In this document: piece by piece, positions 38,994 through 48,869 of the stretch | How the letters are laid out: each line of letters starts with the position of its first letter | Position numbering within the stretch: position 1 is the stretch's first letter | NCBI GenBank assembly: GCA_964455085.1 | Contig: CAYVYJ010000004.1 | Span: forward strand, 22,714-86,713 | Length of the DNA: 64,000 nt | From: an uncultured Planctomycetia bacterium | GTDB lineage: Bacteria > Omnitrophota > Gorgyraeia > Duberdicusellales > 4484-171 | Direction of reading: 5' to 3' | Notes under the pieces: model-generated | What the model saw: the letters and a program-made list of their open reading frames with translations, nothing else | Told to the model about the DNA's origin: nothing | The model's database searches: none | Made by a program: the position numbers and the translations under genes

Positions 38994-40979
38994 CTAGCGC
39001 AGACGCAGGCCAGCCTGAAGGCCTAATTCTTCTCTTATCTGGTTATGAAAAGAATCGACTTCATCGGAAGCTAAGGTTTTCTCACTTGACTGATAAAAAA
39101 CCCTCAAGGTAAAAGCTCTATACCCTCCAGGAATATCCTTACCCTTATAAATGTCAACTATACTTAAACCAGCTAAATAATTGCCTTTTTTTCTAATAAT
39201 TTCCTCTACTGTTTTAAATTTAATATCTTTCTTTAGAGAAATACTTATATCCCGCCATATAGTTGGATAGAGGCTAAATGGTTTATATTTCTTCTCTCGC
39301 TTCTTCTTCAGGAGAACTGGTAGGCTGATTTGAGCAAATAATAAATCTTCTTTTAGATCGAGCCTCTTCTTGGCTTGGCCGTTTAACTTCCCTAAAAATC
39401 CAACCCTTTGATTGCCGATAAAAATTCCTAAAGCGTTAGTAAAATTATTCAGGCTCTCTTCCTTGAGCTGAGAATCATCGATGTTAAAAAAGCTCAAAAT
39501 CCTCTCTACACTCCCTTTTAGATAGAAGAAATCCTCCTCCCTGCCGCTAATACCTAAACTTAAGTTAGGCTCTTCTAAGAAACTCTGTTTACTTTTTGCA
39601 TAGGTATCGGCGATTTCAAAAAAACGCAAACCGTCCTGGTTACTTGTGCCCTTCAGGGTACGATTCAAATTATACCTTACACTTTTAATCATACCTAATA
39701 GTAAACTGCTGCGCAGGGAATTTTCCTGGCTACGCAAGGGATTGATAAGTTCTATATTTGAGTACCCTTGCTCCTCTAAACTATAGGTTACTATCTCTTT
39801 AAACCCTAACAAAGCTACAAAATCTGCCAATTTTCCCTTAAGGTAATAAAGGCTCTTTTCTCCGGGAGTAGTGAAATTGTTCTTTAGGTGGGGAATTTTG
39901 GCTGGTATTTTCGAATAACCATAGATCCGGGCGAACTCTTCATAAACATCAACCTCACTATTAATATCAAATCGAGAATCTGGAGGTGAGACTATTATCT
40001 TGTCTGCCGATACCTTCCTAACTCCAAAATCAAGACTGGTGAGGATTTTGGTTACCTTCTGCTTAGGTGCCACGATACCTAAATAAGCACCTAAATAGTT
40101 AAGGCTTATTACTATCTTCTTTCTTGCTAGCTGAGGCTTCTTCCCGGCCTGCTTGTATCCGGCGCTCTTACCCCCGGCTTCTTGTTCAATTAATTTAGCA
40201 GCTTCAGCCGAAGCTACTTCTAATAAATGCGGCGGGACTACTCTTTCGAAACGATAAGAAGATTCTGTATCCAAGCCAGCTACTCGCCGAGAGCGTCTTA
40301 TAGTTAAAGGAGAAAATATTGCTGCTTCAAGAAAAACATTTTTAGTGTTAGCATCTACCTCGGTATTTTTAGCTCCGATGACTCCGGCTAAAGCAACAAT
40401 TCTTTTACTGTCGGCAATTACTAAATTATCTTTCACCAAAACCCTTTCCTTGCCATCAATCCCCAGAAAAGACTCACCCCCCCTAGCCCGGCGGATATAG
40501 ATATTTCCTTTAAGCTTATCAGCATCAAAAGCATGCAAGGGATTGCCCCACTTAAGCATAGAATAATTGGTAATGTCAACAATATTATTAACTGAGTTGA
40601 ACCCGCAATTTGTAATTCGTTGTTTAAGCCAGAGTGATGAATGACTCACCCCTACTCCTTCTAACCTTCGACCAATATAGTAAAGGCAATCTTTTTTATC
40701 CTCGATTATAATCTCCCGGTCTAGAAGTGTTTTCCTGACTATTGCCGGATAGTCAACCTTCAATCTCTTACCAAGAATTGCCGCTATTTCCCGGGCAATC
40801 CCTACCATAGAAAGCCAATCATACCTATTGGTAGTTACCTCAACATCAAAAACCCAATCTTCTCCTTTCTTTTCAAAACATTCAACCTCCATGCCAGCCA
40901 TAGTTAAGAAAACAGCCAAATCTTTAGCTGAGATACCTAGTTTTAAAAACTCTTGAATAAAATTTAGACTAAACCGCAT
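38994..40979 (-). CDS. pheT: Phenylalanine-tRNA ligase beta subunit, short form lacking the B2 tRNA-binding OB domain
   Basis: N-terminal B1 (MRFSLNFIQEFL...AGMEVE) runs directly into the B3/B4 region (VTTNRYDWLSMVGIAREIA). 661 aa versus ~790 for canonical forms. Confidence 0.9.
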   Translation of the reverse strand: MRFSLNFIQEFLKLGISAKDLAVFLTMAGMEVECFEKKGEDWVFDVEVTTNRYDWLSMVGIAREIAAILGKRLKVDYPAIVRKTLLDREIIIEDKKDCLYYIGRRLEGVGVSHSSLWLKQRITNCGFNSVNNIVDITNYSMLKWGNPLHAFDADKLKGNIYIRRARGGESFLGIDGKERVLVKDNLVIADSKRIVALAGVIGAKNTEVDANTKNVFLEAAIFSPLTIRRSRRVAGLDTESSYRFERVVPPHLLEVASAEAAKLIEQEAGGKSAGYKQAGKKPQLARKKIVISLNYLGAYLGIVAPKQKVTKILTSLDFGVRKVSADKIIVSPPDSRFDINSEVDVYEEFARIYGYSKIPAKIPHLKNNFTTPGEKSLYYLKGKLADFVALLGFKEIVTYSLEEQGYSNIELINPLRSQENSLRSSLLLGMIKSVRYNLNRTLKGTSNQDGLRFFEIADTYAKSKQSFLEEPNLSLGISGREEDFFYLKGSVERILSFFNIDDSQLKEESLNNFTNALGIFIGNQRVGFLGKLNGQAKKRLDLKEDLLFAQISLPVLLKKKREKKYKPFSLYPTIWRDISISLKKDIKFKTVEEIIRKKGNYLAGLSIVDIYKGKDIPGGYRAFTLRVFYQSSEKTLASDEVDSFHNQIREELGLQAGLRLR

Positions 40980-40995
40980 AATTGTATATCTACTT

Positions 40996-42054
40996 TTATA
41001 GAGAAAATTGCTTCAAGAACCTAATGTCATTTTCATAAAAAAGACGGATATCATCAATGCTGTACTTAAGCATTGCTATTCGCTCAACCCCCATTCCAAA
41101 AGCAAAACCTTTATATTTTTTAGGGTCGATAGCACAAGCTTTTAACACTCTGGGGTGAATCATGCCACAACCTAAAATCTCAAGCCAGCCCTTCCCCTTA
41201 CAAACACTACACCTTTTTGTTCCCTTTCTTATTCTCACCTCTTTATTTTTCGCTCCCTTACATATAATACAAGAGATGTCTACCTCAGCTGACGGTTCGG
41301 TAAATGGGAAGAAGTGGGGACGAAAGCGCAGTTCAACGGCGGAAGAGAAAAACTCCTTGGCAAAGTGAAGCAGCACGCCTTTTAGATGAGCAAAATTGAT
41401 ATCCTCACTCACGACAAACCCCTCTACCTGGTGAAACATAAAAGAATGGGTGGCATCTACCTCATCGGGCCGGTATACTCGACCCGGTGAAATTACTGCT
41501 AAAGGAGGTCTTGCCTTTTGCATAACTCTTATCTGAGACGGTGAGGTATGACTGCGCAAGAGGTACTTACCTTTATTTTTTTCGGGTATATTTAAATAGA
41601 AAGTATCAAAAACATCCCGGGAAGGGTGTTCTAAGGGAATGTTTAAGGCTTCAAAGTTATACCATTCCTCCTCTATCTCTTCACCTTCGATAGTCTTAAA
41701 TCCTAAATTCTCAAAAATTGCACAGATCTTCTGGCTAACCGTAGTCAGGATATGGCGTGATCCAGCCTGGGGAAAAACCGAAGGTAAGGTTAAGTCACAT
41801 TTTTCTTCCTTCCCCCTAGTTTCCTGTAGACGATTTTCCAATAAGCGAGTTATTTCTTGTTTGAAAGCATTTAGCCTCTTACCCCAAAGCCCCTTCTCTT
41901 CCTTTGCTAACCCGGGAATCCGGGAAAAAAGCCGGATAAAAGTAGACTTTCGTCCTAAATATTTAATTTTTAAAGCTTCTAAATTCTTGGGAGAGTCAGC
42001 TTCTTGAAACTCTCTTTGGAATTCTTCTTCTAAACGTTTAAGCTCGTTTTCCAT
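40996..42054 (-). CDS. pheS: Phenylalanine-tRNA ligase alpha subunit
   Basis: Class II aaRS motifs; FPFTEPSAEVD; GWLEILGCGMIHPRVL. Confidence 0.9.
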   Translation of the reverse strand: MENELKRLEEEFQREFQEADSPKNLEALKIKYLGRKSTFIRLFSRIPGLAKEEKGLWGKRLNAFKQEITRLLENRLQETRGKEEKCDLTLPSVFPQAGSRHILTTVSQKICAIFENLGFKTIEGEEIEEEWYNFEALNIPLEHPSRDVFDTFYLNIPEKNKGKYLLRSHTSPSQIRVMQKARPPLAVISPGRVYRPDEVDATHSFMFHQVEGFVVSEDINFAHLKGVLLHFAKEFFSSAVELRFRPHFFPFTEPSAEVDISCIICKGAKNKEVRIRKGTKRCSVCKGKGWLEILGCGMIHPRVLKACAIDPKKYKGFAFGMGVERIAMLKYSIDDIRLFYENDIRFLKQFSL

Positions 42055-42538
42055 ATTGGAACTTTATAAAATAGATAGCTGCGGTTGTCAAACAAATTAT
42101 CGAAAGCATCATCGCTAATCGCTTTTTTTGAGCCGAGATTACAAATTCTCTTCTTTGCCCCTGATCAATAACCCTCAAAGCCTCCAAGTGCAAATCGCTT
42201 ATTTGATGAACTGGGCAATCTTTATAAAAGACCCCTTTAACTTGCAAATAGTCGCCTCTGTATCTATAACTTCCCCAATGGGTTATCAAGTCTACCATAT
42301 TCTTATCCGATGAGAAAACTCCGATTTGTTTTGAACCGGATACAATATTTACCCAGACCCCTTGAGGGTCCTTTAGAGGTTCACCAACCACTTCACCCTC
42401 TATAGTAATTGATTGACCGCTAAATTCCTGCGGTGAAGTTAATGCAGCATCTAATACCGAGGCTTGAACCGATAAGAAGGGAGTGCTGAGAGCTAGGAAT
42501 AAAAAGTAAAGAGTAAAAAGTTTTAACTTACCAATCAT
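42038..42538 (-). CDS. Exported hypothetical protein, possibly OB-fold (BOF/YgiW-like), with C-terminal TM
   Basis: Signal peptide (LFTLYFLFLALSTPFLSVQA), ~100-aa beta-rich core, hydrophobic C-terminus. Confidence 0.35.
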   Translation of the reverse strand: MIGKLKLFTLYFLFLALSTPFLSVQASVLDAALTSPQEFSGQSITIEGEVVGEPLKDPQGVWVNIVSGSKQIGVFSSDKNMVDLITHWGSYRYRGDYLQVKGVFYKDCPVHQISDLHLEALRVIDQGQRREFVISAQKKRLAMMLSIICLTTAAIYFIKFQYGKRA

Positions 42539-42540
42539 GC

Positions 42541-44022
42541 TTATCTCCTAAATAACGATAAGATAAAGCCTAAGGAAACAAAGATTGCGATAAACTCTAA
42601 TCGCCCGGCCCACATCTGAAAAATATAGACTAACTTTAAAGCTAAAGGCATTGCCGGATTAGTTATTCCCGCTGATAGCCCTACATTAGCGGTTGCCGAA
42701 ACCGATTCAAACAAAGCCTGAGATGCTGGATAACCAAACCCCATAGCTATGATTCCTCCGGCTACATAGGTAAAGATGAAAATGAAAAAGAATAGATAAG
42801 CGTCTTTTATCCGTTTATCCGAAAGAATCAGGCTTTGTAGATGATGAAACCTATCTTTATATACAGCGCTAAAAGGCATCATCCAACGTTTAATCTCCAT
42901 AAAGAAAGTCTTAAAGACAAGACCTACCCGCATCAGTTTTATACCGCCAGTTGTAGAACAGATGCCTCCGCCAATCATCATGGCAAAAATTACTGCTAGT
43001 AAGCTTAAGGCCGGAAATTGATTTAACTCCCCAGCGGCCAAATTAGTAAAACCACAACCACTATGGGCGGAAATTAACTGGTAAAAACCTTTACGAAAAA
43101 TAGCCGGCCCTATTTTAGATAAAGAGAAATAAAGAATGAGGCTAAGGGTACAAATAGTAAAGAAAAATGTCTTGATCTCAAAGTTTTTAAAGATTTCTTT
43201 TTTGCTCTTATTCCAGAGCCAGAAGTGAAGATTAAAATTCATCGCTCCCAGAATCATAAAAACAATTGTCGCAATCTCTAAAGAGAAAGAGTGATAATAA
43301 GCTATGTTTTGAGCCTGAGGAGCAAAGCCTCCGGTGTCAAAAGAAGCAAAAAAGAGCCAAAGTGCATGAAAGAATGATTTCTCACCAGATAATCCCAAGT
43401 TATAAAGGATAACAAAGAAGGTAACTACCCCTAAAATTAGATAGATGAAACTTACCTTCCAGATAAATCTTGCTGTGCCAATTACGTTGGGCAGAATCTT
43501 TTCCTGCCGAGCCTCCCCGATGTAGAATCCCAAAGCTACTGAACGGGCCCGGGTTAAAATAGATAGACTGGCTAAGATAATCCCCTGACCCCCGATAAAC
43601 ATTGTCAGGTGCCGCCACATATTATGGGCTGAAGAAAGATGGTCTAAATCTTGGATCAGGATTAAGCCGGTAGTTGCAAATCCGCTCATCGCCTCAAACC
43701 AAGCATCAACAAAAGAAGCGAAGTGTGAAGAAAGATAAAGAGGTATGGCCCCCAGTAATGAGAACACCAACCAGCCTAAACTAACGGTGAAGAAGGCATG
43801 AATCCAGCCTACTTCTTTTTTTATCGGAAAGGCAAGTAAAAGCAATAGCCCTAAGGAAGCAGTAAAGGTAAAGCCGATTATAAAGTCAAGGAGTGGGGAA
43901 AACTCACCCTTAACCAAGGCTACCAGAAGGGGAATAAGCATAAAGAGGCTTAAACCTAAAATAAGCCTTCCTAAAATATTGAAAATTGTGGAAAAATCTC
44001 TTCTATCCGGGGAAATAATCAT
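42541..44022 (-). CDS. trkH: TrkH/KtrB-family potassium transporter
   Basis: Multiple MPM repeats with GFATTGL / GGSTGGIK-like selectivity motifs, 493 aa. Confidence 0.85.
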   Translation of the reverse strand: MIISPDRRDFSTIFNILGRLILGLSLFMLIPLLVALVKGEFSPLLDFIIGFTFTASLGLLLLLAFPIKKEVGWIHAFFTVSLGWLVFSLLGAIPLYLSSHFASFVDAWFEAMSGFATTGLILIQDLDHLSSAHNMWRHLTMFIGGQGIILASLSILTRARSVALGFYIGEARQEKILPNVIGTARFIWKVSFIYLILGVVTFFVILYNLGLSGEKSFFHALWLFFASFDTGGFAPQAQNIAYYHSFSLEIATIVFMILGAMNFNLHFWLWNKSKKEIFKNFEIKTFFFTICTLSLILYFSLSKIGPAIFRKGFYQLISAHSGCGFTNLAAGELNQFPALSLLAVIFAMMIGGGICSTTGGIKLMRVGLVFKTFFMEIKRWMMPFSAVYKDRFHHLQSLILSDKRIKDAYLFFFIFIFTYVAGGIIAMGFGYPASQALFESVSATANVGLSAGITNPAMPLALKLVYIFQMWAGRLEFIAIFVSLGFILSLFRR

Positions 44023-44161
44023 TGTACATAAAATAAATCAAAAAGGACTCGGGTCTGTTAAAAGATTAGAGAGAGACAATACCCTAAACCAAGAATAAAA
44101 AAACAAAAAAGAATTTCGGTTATAATCCCGGTTACTACCCGCATTGCTTATGTTTCTGTAA

Positions 44162-44827
44162 TTATATCTTCCCGATAAGTGCTTTAATTAATTTCTTTTC
44201 TACGTCAATCAAAGCAGCAGCAATTATCTCATCTCCGGGTAATATCACTGTTGAACCATAAGGAATGATTATGTCCGGACCTCTTATAATAGAGATTAGA
44301 ACGGAATTTTGCGGCAGTGTAATATCTTTCAAGGTTTTATTGGCAACTGGTGAGGTTTGAGGAATATCTACCCGCACAATCGACAATCTCCCCTTTTTAA
44401 TACTCAAAAGACTCATCACGTCAGTGAAAGAAGCTTCCTCTTCTACAATCCGGGCAATTATCGAGGTAGAATCTACGGGGTTATCCACCTCCATGTATTT
44501 ATAAAGAGGTACATGCTTAGGGTCGTTAACCCTGGCCACAGTCCTTTTTACTCCAAACAACTCCTTAGCTAGATAACAGATAATAGTATTGTCTTCGTCA
44601 TTAGAGGTGGCGCTCACACAAACATTAGCCTTCTCTATTTTAGCTTGTTGTAAAATATCCGGATAGGTAGCATCCCCGCTGATGATCATAACCCCTTGCA
44701 ATTCACCAGCCAATTTATTACAAAGATTTTCGTTCTTATCGATAAGGCAAACCTGGTGATCGTCTTCTTTTAATTTTTTACCCAAAATCAAACCTAGTCT
44801 GCCAGCACCAGCTATGACAACATACAT
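44162..44827 (-). CDS. trkA: TrkA (TrkA-N NAD-binding plus TrkA-C)
   Basis: MYVVIAGAGRLG Rossmann motif plus C-terminal RCK_C. Confidence 0.8.
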   Translation of the reverse strand: MYVVIAGAGRLGLILGKKLKEDDHQVCLIDKNENLCNKLAGELQGVMIISGDATYPDILQQAKIEKANVCVSATSNDEDNTIICYLAKELFGVKRTVARVNDPKHVPLYKYMEVDNPVDSTSIIARIVEEEASFTDVMSLLSIKKGRLSIVRVDIPQTSPVANKTLKDITLPQNSVLISIIRGPDIIIPYGSTVILPGDEIIAAALIDVEKKLIKALIGKI

Positions 44828-45210
44828 TTCTTTAATACCTCAACAATTAAATAAGTACGGTTAACAATAGTTAGGCCCTCTTCTTTAAATACCTTCTTCT
44901 TCATAGCATCATTTACTTGCAAGATGACTTTTTTAATACCATACTTTCGCTTTATGACTTTACCGACAACTAAGTTGATGTTATCATTACCGGTAAGCAG
45001 GTATACAGCGTCGGCATCTTTTATCTCGGCCTTCTCTAAGGTACTTATATCTAAAGCATCACCCCAAATCTTCTTCCCGTTAAAATCATCCCCTAGGGAG
45101 TCGATATTCTTTAAGCTCTTATCTACCACCACCACATTCTCCACATTAGACAGCTCGTGGGCTAAATTCTTACCAGTCTTGCCGCAACCAATTATAACTA
45201 TATACCTCAT
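44812..45210 (-). CDS. TrkA-N (RCK_N) domain protein
   Basis: IVIIGCGKTGKNLAHEL Rossmann motif, 132 aa. Confidence 0.75.
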   Translation of the reverse strand: MRYIVIIGCGKTGKNLAHELSNVENVVVVDKSLKNIDSLGDDFNGKKIWGDALDISTLEKAEIKDADAVYLLTGNDNINLVVGKVIKRKYGIKKVILQVNDAMKKKVFKEEGLTIVNRTYLIVEVLKKCMLS

Positions 45211-45551
45211 TATTTTACTGCCTCTACAATTTTTACAAATACCTCTGGATGTTCCGCAGCCAGTTTAGCTAAGATATCTCGAGAAAAAAGGATTTTCTTC
45301 TTTGTTAAAGCATGGATAAACCCTCGATAAGAGATACCGGTGCCTTCTAAGGCTGCATTGATGCGGGTAATCCAGAGTGAACGAAATTCTCGTTTTTTTG
45401 TTCGGCGGTGCCGGTAAGCAAAGGCATAGGCACGTCTTAGTGTCTCAATAGCTCTACGATATTTTGTAGAACGCTCCCCCCAATATCCTTTAGCTGCTTT
45501 TAAAACCTTCTTCTTCCTCTTACGGGAAGCAACAGAACTCTTAACCTTCAT
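45210..45551 (-). CDS. rplT: 50S ribosomal protein L20
   Basis: KGYWGERSTKYRRAIETLRRAYAFAYRHRRTKKREFRSLWITRINAA is typical of L20. Confidence 0.9.
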   Translation of the reverse strand: MKVKSSVASRKRKKKVLKAAKGYWGERSTKYRRAIETLRRAYAFAYRHRRTKKREFRSLWITRINAALEGTGISYRGFIHALTKKKILFSRDILAKLAAEHPEVFVKIVEAVK

Positions 45552-45628
45552 TTTTTTACCTCCAGTAGTCTTTCACCCTATCTTTTCTTACTCTTCTTGC
45601 GAAAACTTATTTTGCTTATTAATATCGA

Positions 45629-45686
45629 TAATGGATACAATGGAGCTCTTCGAGCCGCTCCGCCTGCGGCGGAGATTGTATACATT
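45629..45686. repeat. Structured intergenic repeat element, copy B (between rpmI and rplT)
   Basis: ATGGATACAATGGAGCTCTTCGAGCCGCTCCGCCTGCGGCGGAGATTGTATACATT, homologous to copy A at 36919-36984. Confidence 0.6.
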
Positions 45687-45698
45687 TCAGTCTCCTTT

Positions 45699-45899
45699 CT
45701 ATGCAGAGTAGGGTAGTGCTCTTTTGAGTACTCCGCTGTCTGCTTTTGACATTATAGCTTTACGCCTTAATTTTCTCTTGCGTTTTTTAGATTTATCGCT
45801 TAAAAGATGGCGCCGGCCGGCCTTAGATCTTAAGGCTTTTTTCTTCTTAGTAATCTTTACTCTTTTGGCTACCGATTTTCTAGTTTTTAGTTTTGGCAT
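45699..45899 (-). CDS. rpmI: 50S ribosomal protein L35
   Basis: MPKLKTRKSVAKRVKITKKKK ..., 66 aa, highly basic. Confidence 0.85.
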   Translation of the reverse strand: MPKLKTRKSVAKRVKITKKKKALRSKAGRRHLLSDKSKKRKRKLRRKAIMSKADSGVLKRALPYSA

Positions 45900-45959
45900 T
45901 ACTACTCCTTTTGCACTTCTCTCCCCATTATATGCGAAATTAAAAGATATGAAAGTTGT

Positions 45960-46463
45960 TTATTTGGGACTTAAAATTAAGACCAGGGTCTTACCCAGCA
46001 TGTGCGGCTCCCGGTCTACACGGCCTACACTTTCTATGTCTTTAAGTAGTTTATCGATTACTCTGTTCCCGATCTCCTTATGGGTGATTTCTCGACCCTT
46101 AAACCACATCCTTACCCTTACTTTATGTTTTTTCTCTAAAAATTCTTTGATATGTTTACGCTTAACCTCATAGTCATGAATGCCTATGCGTGGCCTTATT
46201 CGAACTTCCTTAAGTTGAGCTTGCTTCTGGTGCTTCTTAACTTCTTTTTCTCTTTTTTCCTGTTCGTATCTATATTTCGAAAAATCAATTATCCGACAAA
46301 CCGGAGGTTTTGCTTGAGGAGCAACCTCTACTAAGTCCAAATCAAAGTCCGCAGCTTTCTTAAATGCAATGTCGCGAGGAAAAACACCTAATTGTTCACC
46401 ACCAGGACCAACTACCCTCACTGTTTTGGCAAAAATTCTATCATTTACCCTCACGTACTTCAC
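45960..46463 (-). CDS. infC: Translation initiation factor IF-3
   Basis: INDRIFAKTVRVVGPGGEQLGV ... LDLVEVAPQAKPPVCRIIDFSKYRYEQ. The true start is probably non-AUG and internal to the track ORF. Confidence 0.9.
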   Translation of the reverse strand: MKYVRVNDRIFAKTVRVVGPGGEQLGVFPRDIAFKKAADFDLDLVEVAPQAKPPVCRIIDFSKYRYEQEKREKEVKKHQKQAQLKEVRIRPRIGIHDYEVKRKHIKEFLEKKHKVRVRMWFKGREITHKEIGNRVIDKLLKDIESVGRVDREPHMLGKTLVLILSPK

Positions 46464-48171
46464 TTAGACTTTCCTCCTTTTTTAAAATATCCACTAAATC
46501 TCCTACCCCCATGTTACCTAAATTCTTCATCCCTCTGGCCCGAAGAGACACTTTACCATCCTGCATCTCTTTCTTACCGACAATCACCATGTAAGGAATC
46601 TTGATCAATTCTTTTTCTCTTATCTTCCTCTGCAAGGTCTCATCCCGTAAATCTACCTCGGCCCTGAACCCTTCACCTTCCAAGGACTCTTTTATCTTCA
46701 AAGCATAATCTTTGGCTTCGGCAGTTACATTTAAAACACTAACTTGCACTGGAGCAAGCCAAAAGGGAAATTTACCGGCATAGTGCTCAATCAAGGTAGC
46801 AATGAACCGTTCAAAGCTGCCCAGGATTACCCGATGAATCATAACCACTCGCAGACTTTCACCAGAAGTTGCCCGATAAGTTAAATCGAAACGTTTAGGA
46901 ATATTATAATCTAACTGCACTGTAGCGCATTGCCACTGACGGCCAATAGCATCGCAGAGCTTGATATCAATCTTGGGTCCGTAAAAAGCACCATCACCGG
47001 CATTTATCTTATAATTAAAACCTTTTTTGTTTAAAACCTCTTCTAATATCGCTTCAGAATTCTTCCAATCCTCGACCTCACCGATAAACTTATTTGGTCT
47101 AGTACTTAACTCAGCGGAAAAATTCCTAAAACCAAATTTGGCCATAGCCGCTTTTACAAATTCTAAAACCCCTTCTATCTCGCTGTAAAGATCCTCCTTA
47201 CGACAGAAAATATGAGCATCATCCTGGGTAAAACCTCTTACCCTTAATAAACCATGCAAGACCCCGCTCTTCTCATAGCGGTAAACCGTACCTAGTTCAA
47301 ATAAGCGTAAGGGTAAATCCCGCCAGCTGCGCAGCTGGGATTTATAAATAAGTATATGCCCGGGGCAATTCATCGGCTTTAAAATAAACTCTTGGTTATC
47401 TTTTAGGGCCGAATAGATATAATCTTGGTAATACTCTAAGTGACCGCTCTTCTCCCATAACTTTTTATCCATAATATGCGGGGTCTCAACTACTTTGTAA
47501 CCTCGCCTTAGATGCTCCCTTATTTCCCAATCCTCAATCAATCTTTTTAAAATCGCCCCCTTAGGCAGATAAAAGACTAATCCAGCACCGGCTTGATTAT
47601 GGTAAATATCCACCAACTCCAGCTCTTTGCCTAACTTACGGTGGTCTCTTTTTTTGGCTTCTTCTAAATTATTAAGATAAGTTTTAAGCTCATTCCTGGT
47701 AGGAAAAGCTGTTCCGTATATCCGCAACAGCTGAGGGTTGCCTTCCTCTCCCTTCCAATAAGCCCCGGATATTGAAAGAAGTTTAAAGTGCTTTGCTTTC
47801 CCAGTTGAGGCCAGATGCGGGCCGATGCATAAATCAGTAAAGTCGCCGTGCTTATAAATTGAAACCTTATCAGTACCTAAATCTTTTATCAGCTCAACCT
47901 TATACTTCTCTCCCTTTTGGCTAAAAAACTTTATTGCTTTCTTGGTGCCCATTTCTTCACAAACAAAGGGAAGATTTGTCGCTACTTCTTCTTTCATTAG
48001 CTTTTCAATCTTCAGCAGGTCTTCTTCACTTATTCCCCCAGGTATGTCAAAATCATAGTAAAAACCATTTTCAATGACCGGTCCAATACCTAACTTAGCC
48101 TTAGGGTAAAGTTTCTTCACCGCACTAGCCAAGATGTGAGAGCAAGAGTGTCTTAAGTTATTTAAATCCAT
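46441..48171 (-). CDS. thrS: Threonine-tRNA ligase (no N-terminal TGS domain)
   Basis: Begins in the N2 editing domain (HSCSHILA). Class II motifs and a C-terminal anticodon-binding domain. 576 aa. Confidence 0.9.
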   Translation of the reverse strand: MDLNNLRHSCSHILASAVKKLYPKAKLGIGPVIENGFYYDFDIPGGISEEDLLKIEKLMKEEVATNLPFVCEEMGTKKAIKFFSQKGEKYKVELIKDLGTDKVSIYKHGDFTDLCIGPHLASTGKAKHFKLLSISGAYWKGEEGNPQLLRIYGTAFPTRNELKTYLNNLEEAKKRDHRKLGKELELVDIYHNQAGAGLVFYLPKGAILKRLIEDWEIREHLRRGYKVVETPHIMDKKLWEKSGHLEYYQDYIYSALKDNQEFILKPMNCPGHILIYKSQLRSWRDLPLRLFELGTVYRYEKSGVLHGLLRVRGFTQDDAHIFCRKEDLYSEIEGVLEFVKAAMAKFGFRNFSAELSTRPNKFIGEVEDWKNSEAILEEVLNKKGFNYKINAGDGAFYGPKIDIKLCDAIGRQWQCATVQLDYNIPKRFDLTYRATSGESLRVVMIHRVILGSFERFIATLIEHYAGKFPFWLAPVQVSVLNVTAEAKDYALKIKESLEGEGFRAEVDLRDETLQRKIREKELIKIPYMVIVGKKEMQDGKVSLRARGMKNLGNMGVGDLVDILKKEESLSEVREGK

Positions 48172-48204
48172 TTTCCTTTCCTTCTCTGTCTAAAACTATA
48201 TTTA

Positions 48205-48282
48205 TGGTGGGCGATACAGGAGTCGAACCTGTGACATCCTCCTTGTAAGGGAGGCGCTCTAAACCAGCTGAGCTAATCGCCC
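48205..48282 (-). tRNA. tRNA-Val (anticodon TAC), CCA encoded
   Basis: Reverse complement GGGCGATTAGCTCAGCTGGTTTAGAGCGCCTCCCTTACAAGGAGGATGTCACAGGTTCGACTCCTGTATCGCCCACCA; anticodon loop CTTACAA. Confidence 0.85.
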
Positions 48283-48407
48283 AAAGTATATCTTCGCTAA
48301 ATCCTGTTAGAAGTGTCGAGTTTACCACTTTACCAGACAAGACTTCTAACGGGGTAAATAATATCAAAATCTTGAAAAAAAGCAAGTAACTTTAGTACTT
48401 AAGCCTA

Positions 48408-48854
48408 CTATATAGTAGGTAAAGCCATCATGCAAAAAGCCATCACAAAAAGAGCAACTGTTTCTATAATACCTAAAACCATTATATACTGGCCAAATCC
48501 TTTACCGGTCTCAGCTAAGGCATCAGCAGCGCTGGCCCCGGCTTTACCTTGCATCCAGGCCGAAGCACCCATGGCTAAACCAGCTGCTAAACCAAGGATC
48601 ATCTGATACAGGTAAATTTGGGGGTCAGCCGGCAGATTAGCCTCAATTATCTTACCCCTTAAAATCATCCCGTAGATTGTCTGGGTTAACGGGGCTCCTA
48701 CAAAAGCAATTAGAGCAAAAGGTGCTGCTTTGTTCTGAGCAAAAGCCTTCTTCCAAGCCCCTACTGCAGCCATTCCGGCAACTCCTGTTCCCAAAGCTGA
48801 ACCAATTGCCGCAAAAGCCAAAGATAAATTCATATCACCAAAACCTTGAATCAT
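48408..48854 (-). CDS. ntpK: V/A-type ATPase proteolipid subunit K (c)
   Basis: 148 aa, four-helix duplicated proteolipid, Gly/Ala-rich helices, conserved Glu (IETVALF). Confidence 0.85.
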   Translation of the reverse strand: MIQGFGDMNLSLAFAAIGSALGTGVAGMAAVGAWKKAFAQNKAAPFALIAFVGAPLTQTIYGMILRGKIIEANLPADPQIYLYQMILGLAAGLAMGASAWMQGKAGASAADALAETGKGFGQYIMVLGIIETVALFVMAFCMMALPTI

Positions 48855-48869
48855 TGTCTCCCTCCTTGT

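Noticed and set aside
48158-48385. 75-aa track ORF on the minus strand
   Set aside because: It overlaps the tRNA-Val gene (48205..48282) almost completely, so it is a spurious ORF.
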